A stretch of DNA of 64,000 bases from Antedon mediterranea (lineage: Eukaryota; Animalia; Echinodermata): positions 1,798,001 through 1,862,000 of the forward strand of contig NC_092671.1 of assembly GCF_964355755.1 (NCBI RefSeq), given 5' to 3'. The number at the start of each line of letters is the position of its first letter. Position 1 is the first letter of the stretch. Positions 12,701 through 23,713 of this stretch are shown piece by piece. The notes beneath the pieces are model-generated. The model searched no databases, had not been told where the DNA came from, and saw only the letters and a list, made by a program, of their open reading frames with translations. A program made the translations under genes and the position numbers.

Positions 12701-12771
12701 GCTACATGTGTGTGAGCCTGTTTATTACTCGGTTTGAATCTAAGAAAGCATTCACCATCAAGCACATACAT
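9763..12771 (-). CDS. pol: Nested Gypsy pol (C-terminal protease part, RT, RNase H, integrase), uninterrupted ORF
   Basis: LDARSGYW, RLPFGL, IADD, QTDASMRGLGA, TDHKPL, HTGH..CSVC, integrase D-D-E (SDLF, SDNG, AERFV), terminal TRSGRTVNPP; the first ~37 codons derive from LTR antisense and filler DNA. Confidence 0.92.
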   Translation of the reverse strand: MYVLDGECFLRFKPSNKQAHTHVALTISKYIGTYCTNKCTHGNTTKKLYFYITEDDGKTMLSLNTCLDLKLITLNCIDTCIKCHKKSDISEITSSIRFGQNGDAKEDLLSQYKSCFQGVGLFPGEYHIDLRENAEPVIHPPRRVPETLKTALKKELQRMIDLEIIEKVEQPTDWVNSIVYVTKPTGELRICLDPKDLNKHVKRPHHYTQTLDDVLPSLQGSTLFTILDARSGYWNVKLDNASKLLTTFNTPYGRYCFKRLPFGLVSAQDVFQKKVDQTFEGLPGVIAIADDIVVFGKDESTHDANLKRVMDRTKEVGLKLNPNKCMVKSQRIKFFGNILTHKGLEPDPSKVTSIINMTPPTNVTELQSLLGMANYLGRFTPNLATITSCLRDLTKKDVIFSWGPEHQAAFKKLKEAISATPTLAYFNHKKEVTVQTDASMRGLGATLMQNGQPVAYASKSLTDTERNYCNIEREMLGVVFGLERFHHYIYGRHITIETDHKPLEAITKKHLRNAPPRLMRMLLRIQKYDFTVKYIPGREIPVADGLSRLPVKGEEIKDIDITIHDITCTTASRLEKIRHSTQNDKTLNILTHIIAEGWPENHSTCPKEAMPFWNFREELVSHNGVVLKGNRVIIPKEMQREILDKIHTGHQGIEKCRLRARESVFWCGINSDIDNMVKQCSVCQHNQVAQQQEPLIPIEASKPWDIIGSDLFHWNGHNYLLVVDYYSSYVIIRKLTSITSQAIVSKLKIIFSEFGIPNTFISDNGKQYDSDEFRMFTNTYNFKHTTSSPRYPQCNGKAERFVGITKKALEKSYEAGDDPALALLCLRTTPLQAGMPSPAEIMFGRKIQANLPVISTNKYDHTKFTRSTKWYTHYNQHAKPLKELQNGQSVRVQDYKTKKWKPAIIDKPSSEPRSYLLTTSTGAQYRRNRRHIRTTGETFQKTLSDDSQDIISEPDTLKDAKPTNTPPLIESPKLMPTPTIGQENQYVTRSGRTVNPPKRLDL

Positions 12772-12789
12772 CACGACATGGTGTCAGAA
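12684..12789 (+). repeat. Inverted 3' part of the nested element's 5' LTR plus PBS
   Basis: 12684-12778 is the reverse complement of 9361-9455 (one mismatch), followed by TGGTGTCAGAA (PBS consistent with a tRNA-Leu 3' end). Confidence 0.9.
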
Positions 12790-12880
12790 TAGAGGTTAAA
12801 GAACGCACAGGTGAATTCATTAATTGTGATTTTCGGAAAACAACGGAAAAATATAGACTTATAATAATCTACAACGCAGG

Positions 12881-13993
12881 ATGGCTGAATTAACAGGCAT
12901 ACCTATTCCATCCATCGACTGGAAGACAACAAATTTGCCCGAAGCTCTACGTAAGTTCAAACGGACGTGCGAATTTATTTTTAATGGACCACTATCAGAA
13001 AAAGATGAGGTAATAAAAGTACAATACCTAATGTTATGGGTCGGCGACACAGGTCGAGACATCCGTGATGGCTGGGGTTTATCAGACGAACACAAGCAAC
13101 AGCTTGCCCCACACTGGACTGGATTTGATAATTATGTAAAACCTAAGTCAAACTTCAGAGTAGCTCGTTTCAGATTAAGGGCACTCAAACAAGAAGAACA
13201 AGAAACAGTAGATGCTTTCATTACAAAGGCAAAACTGATTGCTGATGAATGTGAATTTACAGACAAACAGGAACAGTTACTAGACACATTAATTGCAGGC
13301 CTATATAATGATACTATACGGCGCAAATTGATAGCACAAGACAAAGACATGACACTAGACGGTGCATTGAAAATTGTACGTGCATATGAAGGCACAAAAA
13401 GACAAATGGATGACATTGAAGGTACCAAGGCGATACAAGCTGTGAAATACAAGAGACAACCCAGACAAAAACCCAAATACAACACACACCATTGCTTGAA
13501 CTGTGGTGAACAGCATGAAAGAAATGACACATGCCCTGCTGCGAATGAACACTGCTTTTACTGTAAGAAAGCAGGCCACAGAAGCAAGGTTTGCTTCAAA
13601 AAGAAAAAGGACTCTACTTTCAAGAAACAATATAATAAGAAAAGAGTCAATCAACTGGGAGAAACAACACTACATCACGACGAAGATGACACAGGTAACA
13701 GTTTTGTACTTGATTCTCTTGAAAACAATGTGAATGCAGTGAAGACAGACACTCAAGCTTACGCCAATATTCAAATGACCGGCGACACCAATAGAACTGT
13801 TCGATGTAAACTCGACAGTGGTGCGGAAGTCAATGTTATGCCGATGCGAATATTCAGACAGCTATTTCCATCACAGACAGATGAGATGAACAAGCCTATG
13901 AATTTACATAGATCTAATGCAAAGCTAATTGCATATGGTGACAACAGCATAATAGCATATGGCACAAAGATGATCAAATGTACACACATGTAG
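12881..13993 (+). CDS. gag: Nested Gypsy gag plus N-terminal protease, on the opposite strand to its pol
   Basis: Knuckles CLNCGEQH and CFYCKKAGHRSKVC; protease KLDSGAEVN; the ORF runs into LTR sequence at KCTH. Confidence 0.9.
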   Translation: MAELTGIPIPSIDWKTTNLPEALRKFKRTCEFIFNGPLSEKDEVIKVQYLMLWVGDTGRDIRDGWGLSDEHKQQLAPHWTGFDNYVKPKSNFRVARFRLRALKQEEQETVDAFITKAKLIADECEFTDKQEQLLDTLIAGLYNDTIRRKLIAQDKDMTLDGALKIVRAYEGTKRQMDDIEGTKAIQAVKYKRQPRQKPKYNTHHCLNCGEQHERNDTCPAANEHCFYCKKAGHRSKVCFKKKKDSTFKKQYNKKRVNQLGETTLHHDEDDTGNSFVLDSLENNVNAVKTDTQAYANIQMTGDTNRTVRCKLDSGAEVNVMPMRIFRQLFPSQTDEMNKPMNLHRSNAKLIAYGDNSIIAYGTKMIKCTHM

Positions 13994-14108
13994 CATTAAC
14001 CATATCGAAGTGCCTTTATTCACTCAAAGGTCAACCCACAATAGGTGGCAGCAAATAATATATTAGTTGAGTCATAACTGTAGGTGGCAGCAGATCAATA
14101 CTGTGACA
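13982..14108 (-). repeat. 5' part of the nested element's 5' LTR
   Basis: Matches 9426-9552; followed by TSD ACACC. Confidence 0.9.
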
Positions 14109-14113
14109 ACACC

Positions 14114-15719
14114 CTTTACCAAAAATTGATGAATTATTAGATACCATGTCAGGCACTAAATTGTTTAGCAAATTAGATTTGAAGTCTGCATATCACCAGT
14201 TAAATTTACATGAAAATAGTAGGGACCTTACAACGTTTGTATCCCACAAGGGTTTGTACAGATTTAAAAAGGTGTGCTTTGGGTTGGCTTCTGCTCCTAC
14301 CGCATTTCAAAAATTAATGTCAATAATACTGCAAGGAATTCCCAATATTGGGTACTTTATTGATGATATTTTTGTTTTTGGCAGGACTAAATCAGACCAT
14401 GATACAGCTCTAAGGGCAGTACTCAATAGGCTTCAAGAGTATGGAATGCGCCTCAATGACAAGTGTGAGTTTGGAGTGACTAGCGTTAAAATTTTGGGCC
14501 ATGTATTAGATTCAGAGGGGCTTCACCCAAACCCAGAATTAGTTAAAGCAATAAAATGCGCTCCGGTTCCAGAAAATAAAGAGCAGGTGAAATCCTTTCT
14601 GGGCTTAGCCGGATACTATTCCAAATTTATCAAGAATTATGCAACCCTTGTACAGCCACTAAGGGATATTCAATTAGGGGAGGAATTTGACTGGAGTGAA
14701 AGGGCCAGTGGGGCATTTGCATTGATTAAGCAGAGCATTGTGACATGTCCAGCCCTTGCCTTGTTTGACCCAGAAAGGGAAGTAATTGTGACGACAGATG
14801 GGTCGGGGTATGGAATAGGGGCAGTTCTCACCCAGCTAATCGAAGGGAAGGAAGTAACCATAGCTTTCACATCAAGAAAGTTAACATGTGCAGAAAGAAA
14901 ATATTCCACAGGCGAACGTGAAGCCTTGGCATGTGTGTACTCAATTGAGAAATTTCATACGTACCTATGGGGTAGACATTTTATACTACGAACTGATCAC
15001 AAAGCACTGACAACACTGTTAGCATCCAGTGGGAATGGCCACAGACCTATGCGTATAGCTAGATGGGGTGCAAGGCTGCTAAATTATAACTACACCGTTG
15101 AATACAAACCAGGCTCTGATAATGTTGTGGCAGATGGATTATCTCGTCTGCCATTGGAATATGAAGGGGGGTCCTCGGAACAGAACAATGACATTGCTGC
15201 GGTATGTTTAGTAGAGATAGAAGAAGAGTGTTGTATAACCCTAGGACAATTTAAGGCTGAGGTAGATAAAGATGAAACCCAACAGAAAGTGATTAAATAC
15301 ATAGAGTCTGGTTGGCCAGAAAGTAAAGATATGTTGGATAGCAACATACTGCCATATTATAAAGTACGGGAGGAATTAATAGTATTAGAAAATAGAGTTT
15401 ACAGAGGTGATAGGGTGGTGGTACCAGACTCCCTAACAGTTCATTTAATTTACAAGGCACATGAGGCTCACCAAGGGATAATGAGAACTAAGAAAAGATT
15501 AAGGCAATTGTATTGGTGGCCAAGAATGGATACCCAGGTAGAAAATATAATTAAACATTGCATTGTGTGTATAGAACATGATAAAACGATAAAGATTTCA
15601 AAAGCTCCAATGACACCCATAGAATACCCATCAATGCCCTGGGAAAAGTTGGGACTAGATATAGTGGGTCCCTGCGACTTACTACCAAGCCAGTGCAGAT
15701 TTGCCATTACTTTAATTGA
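14114..15719 (+). pseudogene. pol: Host Gypsy RT, RNase H and integrase N-terminus
   Basis: LDLKSAYHQ, CFGLASAP, FIDD, TTDGSGYGIGA, TDHKAL, HEAH..CIVC, LDIVGP. Confidence 0.92.
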
Positions 15720-16918
15720 CTAGATGGTACGCTCGCTTCGCTCGCGTACCATCTAGTTCGTGCCCACAGATGGTTCTCGAATACATAGTAATTTCAGCGT
15801 AAAAACACTGGCGATTTCAAATGTACGTACGGCAGGACATTGTCGTTTACAGAAACAAATAAATAGACACAATGATTTATGTAGTCAACCAAAATTAGCA
15901 CCTAGAAACTTGTCACAAAATGAGTCGAAATTTGTTATTTGGACTCATTTAAACAAACCCAATTTTGTTAAATTATTCTTTATATTTCTTTATTATCCAA
16001 TCATTAACGAAATATTTTTTCTATAGGCCTATAAATAATATACCACTAAATAGAGTAAAACATTTCCGATTTAATACTTTATTAAAACTGTCACTGTCTC
16101 ATGGTCGATTGAAATAGTAAAGTACATTTAAAGACCACTAATACGTTTATATTTTTGTAATTATTAATTAATACAAACGTTGAGAAACAACTGACAGTAA
16201 TAAAGTATTATATTAGTATGTGTTTATAATCTAAAAGTAGGAGCTACCCACACTCACAGTAATACAGTTAATTAGTATATTTGTTTATATTATATCTAAC
16301 AGTACCAACACACTTTTGATTCAAATGGCGATCAAAAGTGGTTAATACTGTACCTATTTGCAGTATTGTATAGCATTACAATACTATTTCTGTTTATTCT
16401 CTAAGGGTCTATAAATTTACCTACTTGTGTTAAACCATGGAGGTATGCAATAATTTGGAATGTTCCATTCAATGCAAATCAATACATTTCTATAAACGTA
16501 TATTAAATCTATCAAAATAGTATTTTTTAAAGAAAATCGGCCTGTCTTCAACATTATGATGCTGTACTCTAGCTGTTCAACCGATTTTCAGCTATTAAAA
16601 ACAATTATCGTAGGAGGAGATAGGAAAATACGAAGCCTTCTCGCATTTTTGTGGCGGGTATTTTTCAAGATGGACATCCATTAGACAGTGTATACCACGA
16701 TCGAAAAACACCCCTATTTGGGGCAAATCGTTGAACCTAAATTCGTTTTAATCGTCGATAACTAATTATCTAACTTAATTTAATTAGTAAACAGGGTTAC
16801 ATCAGGTGGTTAAAATCAGTACCGAAAGTACGAACCAACTTTATATACCATCGAGTAAAAATTCTAGAAGTAAGGCGCGATTTAGCGAATTTTGCCCTTA
16901 CGTAAATTTATATATAGA
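15720..16918 (-). mobile_element. Non-autonomous Helitron
   Basis: Minus strand begins TC(TATATA) and ends with hairpin ctagatggtacgcgagcgaagcgagcgtaccatCTAG; inserted at A|T without TSD; removal restores ATT GAT TAC CAT (I-D-Y-H). Confidence 0.9.
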
Positions 16919-17717
16919 TTACCATTCTAAGTGGCCAGAGGTATGTCTTGTACCAAAAGTTACCACACAAGTCGTAATAGATTTTCTGTCGAGGGTATTT
17001 GCTCGGGAGGGCTACCCATTAGAATTGATAACTGATCATGGAGTTCAGTTTGTCAGTTACGAAATGAAACAATTTCTGAAACAAAGGGATATTAGGCATT
17101 TGCATTCTGCTATTTATCACCCACAGAGTAATGGGGCAGTAGAAAGATTTAACAAAGTGTTAAAACAAACAATACAAACTGCATCATTAGAAGGGAAAGA
17201 AGTTAAACAATATGTACAGTCATTTTTATTTGTATATAGAAACACTCCACACTCAACAACAGAGGTGGAACCAGCACTGCTGTTACATGGACGAAAATTA
17301 AGAAACCAGTTAGATATAAAAGGATTGACACCGCCATCAGATGTGGTGGTTGATAAAACTAAACTTAAAGAACTAGTAAGGGTTAAACAAGAGAAACAAA
17401 AGAAATATTTTGATAATCATAACAGTGTAAAATTACCTGTTGTACAGGAAGGAATGCATGTAAAGGTAAAGAAAACTGGATATGTACATAAGGGTAGTAG
17501 TTCATTTAGAGGGCCATTTCGAGTAGTTAAGAAGGTGGGAAATGCGACTTTTGTGTTGAGTAATAGAAAAACATATAATATTGAAAGGCTGGCTATTGTA
17601 AGCCCTGATTGTAAGAAATGGGCGACGCCATTGAATAAGGTATTGATAGATGATTTTGAAAATGAACAACCAGAACATGTAAATGTAGATAGATTCATAC
17701 AAAGAGATGTAGACTAA
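16919..17717 (+). pseudogene. pol: Host Gypsy integrase core and C-terminus
   Basis: YHSKWPEV, ITDHGVQF, YHPQSNGAVERFN, RGPF; an in-frame TAA at 17715-17717 precedes the tail PYRTRSGRVVRNP. Confidence 0.9.
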
Positions 17718-17790
17718 GTTCCGTATAGAACTAGGTCAGGTAGAGTAGTAAGGAATCCTAGTAGGTACGTTGAAGAATGTAATTTGTTAC

Positions 17791-17935
17791 AAGGGGGAGA
17801 TTGTGGTAACAGGAACTAGAGTGGGCGTTGAGGGCAGGTGGTTGAAACACGAGGTTGAGAAAGAAAGTAGACAATAAAGTGTTGATTCATAAGACTGTGT
17901 TTTCTTGCTCTTATTTAAATTGTGTGGATACTACA
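17791..17935 (+). repeat. PPT (17791-17800) and 3' LTR (17802-17935) of host Gypsy element
   Basis: aagggggaga then tgtggtaac...tactaca then TSD gtacc. Confidence 0.93.
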
Positions 17936-20134
17936 GTACCCATAAATTTCAGGTCATATTTCATCATATGGCAATATAATTACGTGCGTAGCGCATATAA
18001 CGCATGCTTACGCGCGCTTAAAATTGTCACAATTTATTTTCGATGAAATTAGAGTATGTTTCAGGCAATTTTAAGCGTTTAAAAAATTGCCATGAGTGCG
18101 CAGATTTTTGCACGCGCACTGCGCGTTATACGTTAATACACACTCTTTTTGTCCGATTTCGGCTGTACAACCTTTCCTTAATAATATCATCATATTTTAT
18201 TCACTTTTCAACGCGAAATTGCCTTATACGAGCACGTCAAAAGTGACAGGCTACGCACGTGTAAGTTAACAAAATGGTGAAAATATGCTAAATTTTAAAA
18301 TTAATATAGATCGTCAGAATGCTCGGGAACATATTTTTTATTTCATTTTCTTGAAGTGTATGTATCTTATGTATGATTTATTATTAAATTAAGGGAACAA
18401 AAGTTGATTAAGCCATAATTAATTGCATATTAAATTTAAAAAAATTCATTTCGACAATCAAACAAATTATGACATTTTCTTAGGCCAAAATAACAAACTT
18501 AACATTAACTTTCTTCCTTCAAAAGTTCATATATTAAAGTTAAAAGTATATAGTTTGACAGTGCATCATTGTTGTACATTTTTAGAGATGTCATCATAGT
18601 AAAAAATTATAATTCATTGCGGTATGTAATAATCTATCTGCACCAAAGTGGTTACTGCATAGTAAATACACGGAGGAATTTTTCTACAATTTTTAGTCAG
18701 TTGTGTATGGCTCGGTGGTGTGTGCTCGTGTCTATGGCACTCAAGGTACCGAGATCGAGTCTCACCTTGGGAAACGAAATAAGATTTTTTTTTTATTATC
18801 CGTATTGTTTGTTCAAATTTATTTCTTAGTGTATATATTATACACATGATTTATAATGAAATCTAGATAAAAAATAACTTATGTCTTTATTATTATGTAA
18901 CAGCAAATGTGGTTTATGACATTATACGCAGAGGGATCTTTGATCGGATTGTGATACCGGCTATTGTATTCGCGTTAGCAAGGTCCTATCATATATTATA
19001 AATAATTAAAGAATCTGAGAAAATCAATGAATCAAAATATCTTTTAAAAATCAATTATCTTTATTTAAATCAATGCATATAACCTATAATTCGTCATAGT
19101 GACGAATTAAATCTAGTTTACACTTTATTTCTGTAGACCAACAGGTATATCTAATAGTGGAACCACAAAAATGTAGGATAGGCTAATTTCTAATTTGCAA
19201 CCAATGGGAATTCAGAATGTTTTTAGTTGTTTACTAATTAGATGCATACTAGCACACTTCATTGTTAAATTAGCCGTTCGATAGTTGTACAAACTTTTCA
19301 ATCTAAACACCCAGCCATCCCCCGGCATCATCCAACACCTAACTCAACACAGGCGCTACTCATATGTTACTCATTTTATTCGCTCATTTGGCTGGTATAA
19401 TTCTGGGGAATTATTTTTCCCCCAAATTCCACAATTTACCTAACGGATGTCACTTACATCCTTACTGATATACTTAATAACAACCATTTGATTTACTGGC
19501 TCCTGTGACAACACACTGGACCTTTAGTACAGCGATGTCATATGAGTGGTAGCCCCAAGAGGCCAAAATGTTGTACAGTATCAGTAGAAATAAATATTAT
19601 GTATTGTTATAATCTGAATAAACTGGGGAAGCTTAACTTATTTGTGTTGTGTGTAAATGTATACTTTAAGGTTTTTAAAAGTATAAAACAGAAAGTAATC
19701 CAGCAAAATACAATTTGTTGCAAGATCAAAAAGTGTGTGTATTCACATTTATAAAATCAGCAAGTCAATTTTTATGAATATTTTAAAAATACAATTACAA
19801 AAAAATGAAAATTACAAATGTGTCATAAGAATTATTAAATACAATACCACAATAGTTCTTGTTTTCAACAACACACTAATAGAGATAGTGATGTAATATT
19901 ATACAATATTTTTTACCGTTTTCCTTGAGTACAAAGAGCGCCTTGTGGTATTCAATTTCATCAATGTGTGTGATCCATTCCTCTTGAAATAATTTCTGCT
20001 GATTTTCCTCTGCCACTAATATTTGAAAATATTAGTGGCTAACTAAAAGTTTTTCAAAAGTTGTCCACTATCATGTATTTCACGTAAATTTATCAGCGCA
20101 TATTTATGACAATGACAGATAAGTGGAAGACTAT

Positions 20135-23100
20135 TCATCCTTCTGTCGTGTAGGTTAGTTCTAAACCACGCTGACGGAAGTAGTTAACAACCCGTTGTAG
20201 TTTATCAGTAAATTCAAATGCATCATCAGACTTCAGATTGGCTTTATGTTTGGTAAGATGATCTAAAATCTTAACAGGATTTGTACTTTGGTCAGGAGGA
20301 GGTTGATCCTCATCAAGGTTTCTTTTTGATGATGATTGTGATTCAACAGTCTTTTTTGAAGGAGAAGGAGAAATAGAGTTAAGCTTAGAAACCATGCCTG
20401 TATACACAGGGTGGGTTCTTGAGTAAGGTGTGTAAGAGAGACTGCATGTTTTCTTCCACTTTTTTCTATTCACTTTTATATATATTCTATTTTTATTTTA
20501 CTCACCTCTTTGGTATTTTCTGGTACATCTTGGATTCTAAGAATATAAAAAAAATCATTATTATTTCTATGATACTGTAAAGCACTGGTACTGAAGCAAC
20601 CAGCATTACCAAGCATAACTTCACTGGAATAGCACACTGTACCAGAACTTTAAGAAAAGTTAAAAGGCCTATTGTTATTTGATTACCATGTAACAAGAAT
20701 AGTAAATTGTCACACAGGTATAGGTTTAAAGTATTTTAACCAAATTCACTCTCAGTCACTCTTACTCAATAAAAGATTTATAATATGAATATGTTTCTTA
20801 TTGTGGATAAATGGGTGTAATGTGTGTATTGACCATCAAATACCCTCTTTTTAAGCTGCTACAACTTTTTAATGTAGCAATTACAAGTGCTTTTACATCC
20901 GTATACAATACTGAAATTTTTGTATTGACTGAAGCCCTGAATAAATATGTTTTTTTATATTTATAAATTATGAACAATTAGTTTTGTTCATTATAATTTT
21001 CTTACAGTTTACAAGTTAAGCAATGTTGGGCCCAGTTGCATTCTGGATGGGAGATAGTGGTGGGTGCTGTATATACCAGAGAGTTATGGTGTACTGATAA
21101 TATCGGACTATCATGTAATAGGCATGGGTTCGAGTCTATCTGTAACATACTGATTGCATTCTTCAGGCAAGATGCTTTACTCTCATTGCCTCGTCTTTCG
21201 GATGAGATAAGCTGTTAGTCTCCTGTACATATAGTGCATGTTAAAGAACTTTGTACACTATTCTCAAAGAGTAGGGGATTGTCTCCCGGTGTGCTGATCT
21301 GGTAGGTGCTGCACTGCTGGCTGCAGTGGGGAAGAGCCTAATCTGAATTTCCTTAGTTTCCAGTTAAGCTTGAAGACCAAGAATATGTACATTTAACATT
21401 TTTACATTTTGAAGGTACTTTAAATCTCAAATCATCACAAGCCTTTTAAATAAAAAAAATTGTTGTACTGTTACACTGGATAATAATGTGTTGCCCTTTA
21501 TTTCCATTATTACAATAATTCCATAGTGGGTTCCATCTAGTGTTAATAATAAAACCTAAAATAAGTAATTGATATGTCTATGTACAAAGCCTATTAGAAT
21601 AAACTCACTCAAGCTGGTCCAACCGCTCAGAAATGCTCCACTGACGATCACTTCGAGCAGCTGGCATTGTATGTCGCCTTAATGTAGCGTCTGACTGTCT
21701 TGGTATTGCAACTTCTGCTGGGTTCTTTTTCTGTGAAATATCTGTATCCTTTTGTGTGATGGTAGGTATCAAATAAGTGTGTTCTGAAATGTGAAATGTC
21801 ATTGTATTTATAAAACATTGAGATGCAATACTGAATCAATTTGGGGTTGGTGCAGGTGTAAAAATGGAGTGAAGTCAGAAACTAAATTTTTTGACACTTG
21901 AGTTAGACTAAAAGTTAAATGACATAATAAATTTCCTACCTTTCTGGTTTAGCTTCTCAAGAGCAGCTATGTATATTTGTTGATCAAACTGTGTCTCCCA
22001 AGTCACTTCAAAATCTTGTCGATGTTTCTCTTTAAAAAAAAGTATTTCTGCTACATCTTTAAGAAGTTGCCCATTTTGATGAAGTCTCCATAGATTTGTA
22101 AGGGCTCTAGGATCCACTATGGATACATGAAATACTATTGATCCTTCTATTATCTCGAAACCTTTACCGCAACCACAGCGTAAAAAGTAAAATAATAGTT
22201 TTTGCTCTCTGTCTTGACATTTTGCTAAAATATCTTCATGTTCCAATCTATGTCTTTTTTGAGATAGTTCATCTTCAGAATCATCAGCTTTTCGTTTGAT
22301 AGATATGGGTATTTTAACGCCTTCAATAAAACATAACAATTATGAAAGTCATTTGAATGTGATTTTTTGCTCCTGAAAATAATTAGGAACAATGATCCTT
22401 TTCATAAAATCTTTACTTCAGAAAAACCTGTCTGTTACAAAAAATGTATTTGTAACACAAAAGTAACACTGCACATTTAAGAGAAGTAAAGTTGGACTTA
22501 ACCCACTTTATTTTGTATGCTATTAACCATTTTCTGAGCTGATTAATTTAATGATATAGGCCTAAACAATTATACTGTGATGCACAAATTTTAAATCAGA
22601 ATTTTTTTAATGATATATAACAAAACGGAAAATACATACATATGCCAAGTAGATGATTCTTTGCTGTTGGGTTAAGACAATTTGCAAACCTCTCTATCTT
22701 ATTTGAATCATCTTCTAGGCTTCTATCTCTTTCGAGTCGTAATAGTAAATCCCAAATAGTTTGGTAATCATTGCTCAAATTGTAGTAACCCTTGATTTCA
22801 CTTAACTCATCATTTCCAACTTCTCGTAATGCATTAAAGAGGCTTTTCCGATATTTTGACAACTTTCTTGTTACCTTATTTTGAGTATTTGTATTATTAT
22901 TACCATCTAACATATACTCAGTTACACATTCTTCTGCTTTTGTCAAACATGAAAGTTTTGAGATTTCCAGTAAGAGATGAACATTGTTATGTCTAATATG
23001 ACCACGGTCTTCTAATGAATTTAATAATTGAGTTCCAGAATCTGCAGCAGTAAGATCCCCAAAGGGGAGATGATCAAATAGGCAGAAACGCAACCATTTA

Positions 23101-23168
23101 TATTTGTGAGATTCAAAGAATTTACTGAACTGCAATTTTAATTTCATAAATTTCTCATTGTTGGCCAT
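20135..23168 (-). CDS. Gene A: short multi-exon protein with tandem DED-like domains and a TRADD-N-like domain
   Basis: Exons 22640-23168 (ATG 23168), 21940-22320 and 21609-21783 join in frame at GT-AG sites; further small exons and the last exon (~20135-20398) are less certain. Confidence 0.7.
21085..21400 (+). mobile_element. tRNA-derived SINE with Deu/Nin-like domain (intronic)
   Basis: B-box-like ggttcgagtc, then ctttcggatgaga...gttaaagaac...aagagtagggga..ccggtgt; boundaries approximate. Confidence 0.65.
21940..22320 (-). CDS. Gene A exon encoding a TRADD-N-like domain
   Basis: IIEGSIVFHVSIVDPRALTNLWRLHQNGQLLKDVAEILF; the same motif occurs in genes B and C. Confidence 0.6.
22640..23168 (-). 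CDS. Gene A exon encoding tandem death-effector-like domains
   Basis: KWLRFCLFDHL..SGTQLLNSLEDRGHI..NVHLLLEI and LSKYRKSLF..EL..IWDLLLRLE resemble the two DEDs of caspase-8/cFLIP prodomains. Confidence 0.72.
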
Positions 23169-23686
23169 TTCACAAATATATATATATATATATCTGCAAT
23201 AGAAGAGTAAAAACAAATAATTTTACTGTGTTACCTGCAAAATTGTACTAAAAAGTGAAATTTAAATGTCAGCTAATATTTAAAAAACCAATTACATTAT
23301 TATGAAGGATTAATAATAATGTATTAATGAAAATTGCAATAAAAAAAAGTCTGAGTGATTAAGGAAATCTATGCAACGTAAAAATAACACAACTATAGGC
23401 CTTGGTATAAGTGTTATATTTTTCCCTTCACAAAGACCTACCATAAAATGTATGTGTTCCCTAGGGCAGGCTTACAAAGTAATATCCTTGGAGAAATTCA
23501 TTTCTTACTAACTAAATCATTTAGTTCTGTCATTCTGTTCTTTTTTGAAAAAAATGAGCTACAGGTAAATAAGCTTAGCCTGGTTACTGATCGCCAATTT
23601 TACTCAGAGGTCTGATGGGAAATTATGCTATTGCATGAGAACAAAGGTGTAGGCTGTATGTCAATAATTTTATTGTATTACATGTT

Positions 23687-23713
23687 CAAGTAGAGGGCGC
23701 ATCCACCGGAAGT
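23687..23713. promoter_or_regulatory. CTCF-like plus ETS motif pair upstream of the gene A coding start
   Basis: caagtagagggcgc-atcc-ACCGGAAGT, conserved at 36193 and 55641. Confidence 0.5.

Larger units (their letters stand above)
9361..14108 (-). mobile_element. Nested Ty3/Gypsy LTR retrotransposon with an internal inversion
   Basis: TG...CA ends; 5-bp TSD ACACC (9356-9360, 14109-14113); complete 192-bp LTR at 9361-9552 with minus-strand PPT aaagaagggaga (9553-9564); the other LTR is split. Confidence 0.95.
4804..17935 (+). mobile_element. Ty3/Gypsy LTR retrotransposon (host element) interrupted by four nested insertions
   Basis: 134-bp TG...CA LTRs at 4804-4937 and 17802-17935 with one visible mismatch; 5-bp TSD GTACC (4799-4803, 17936-17940); PBS, PPT; gag-PR-RT-RH-IN order. 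Confidence 0.95.
4358..19118 (+). mobile_element. Helentron-type non-autonomous element (HINE/DINE-1-like) hosting the Gypsy complex
   Basis: 5' palindrome aggttatatgcat-tatc-atgcatataacct (4362-4391) followed by an ATTT microsatellite; 3' subterminal inverted copy aatgcatataaccta (19072-19086), hairpin aattcgtca-tag-tgacgaatt, then ctagttt; sequence is continuous across the Gypsy TSD. Confidence 0.6.

Noticed and set aside
12684-13993. Reading the opposite-strand gag and pol as a naturally ambisense or DIRS-like retroelement
   Set aside because: The protease is cut mid-domain, the junctions show filler and duplications, and the element has a DDE integrase and a 5-bp TSD; a secondary inversion is simpler unless other copies are found
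8963-17702. Numerous short antisense or alternate-frame ORFs over gag and pol
   Set aside because: Shadow ORFs of long coding sequences with no recognisable motifs
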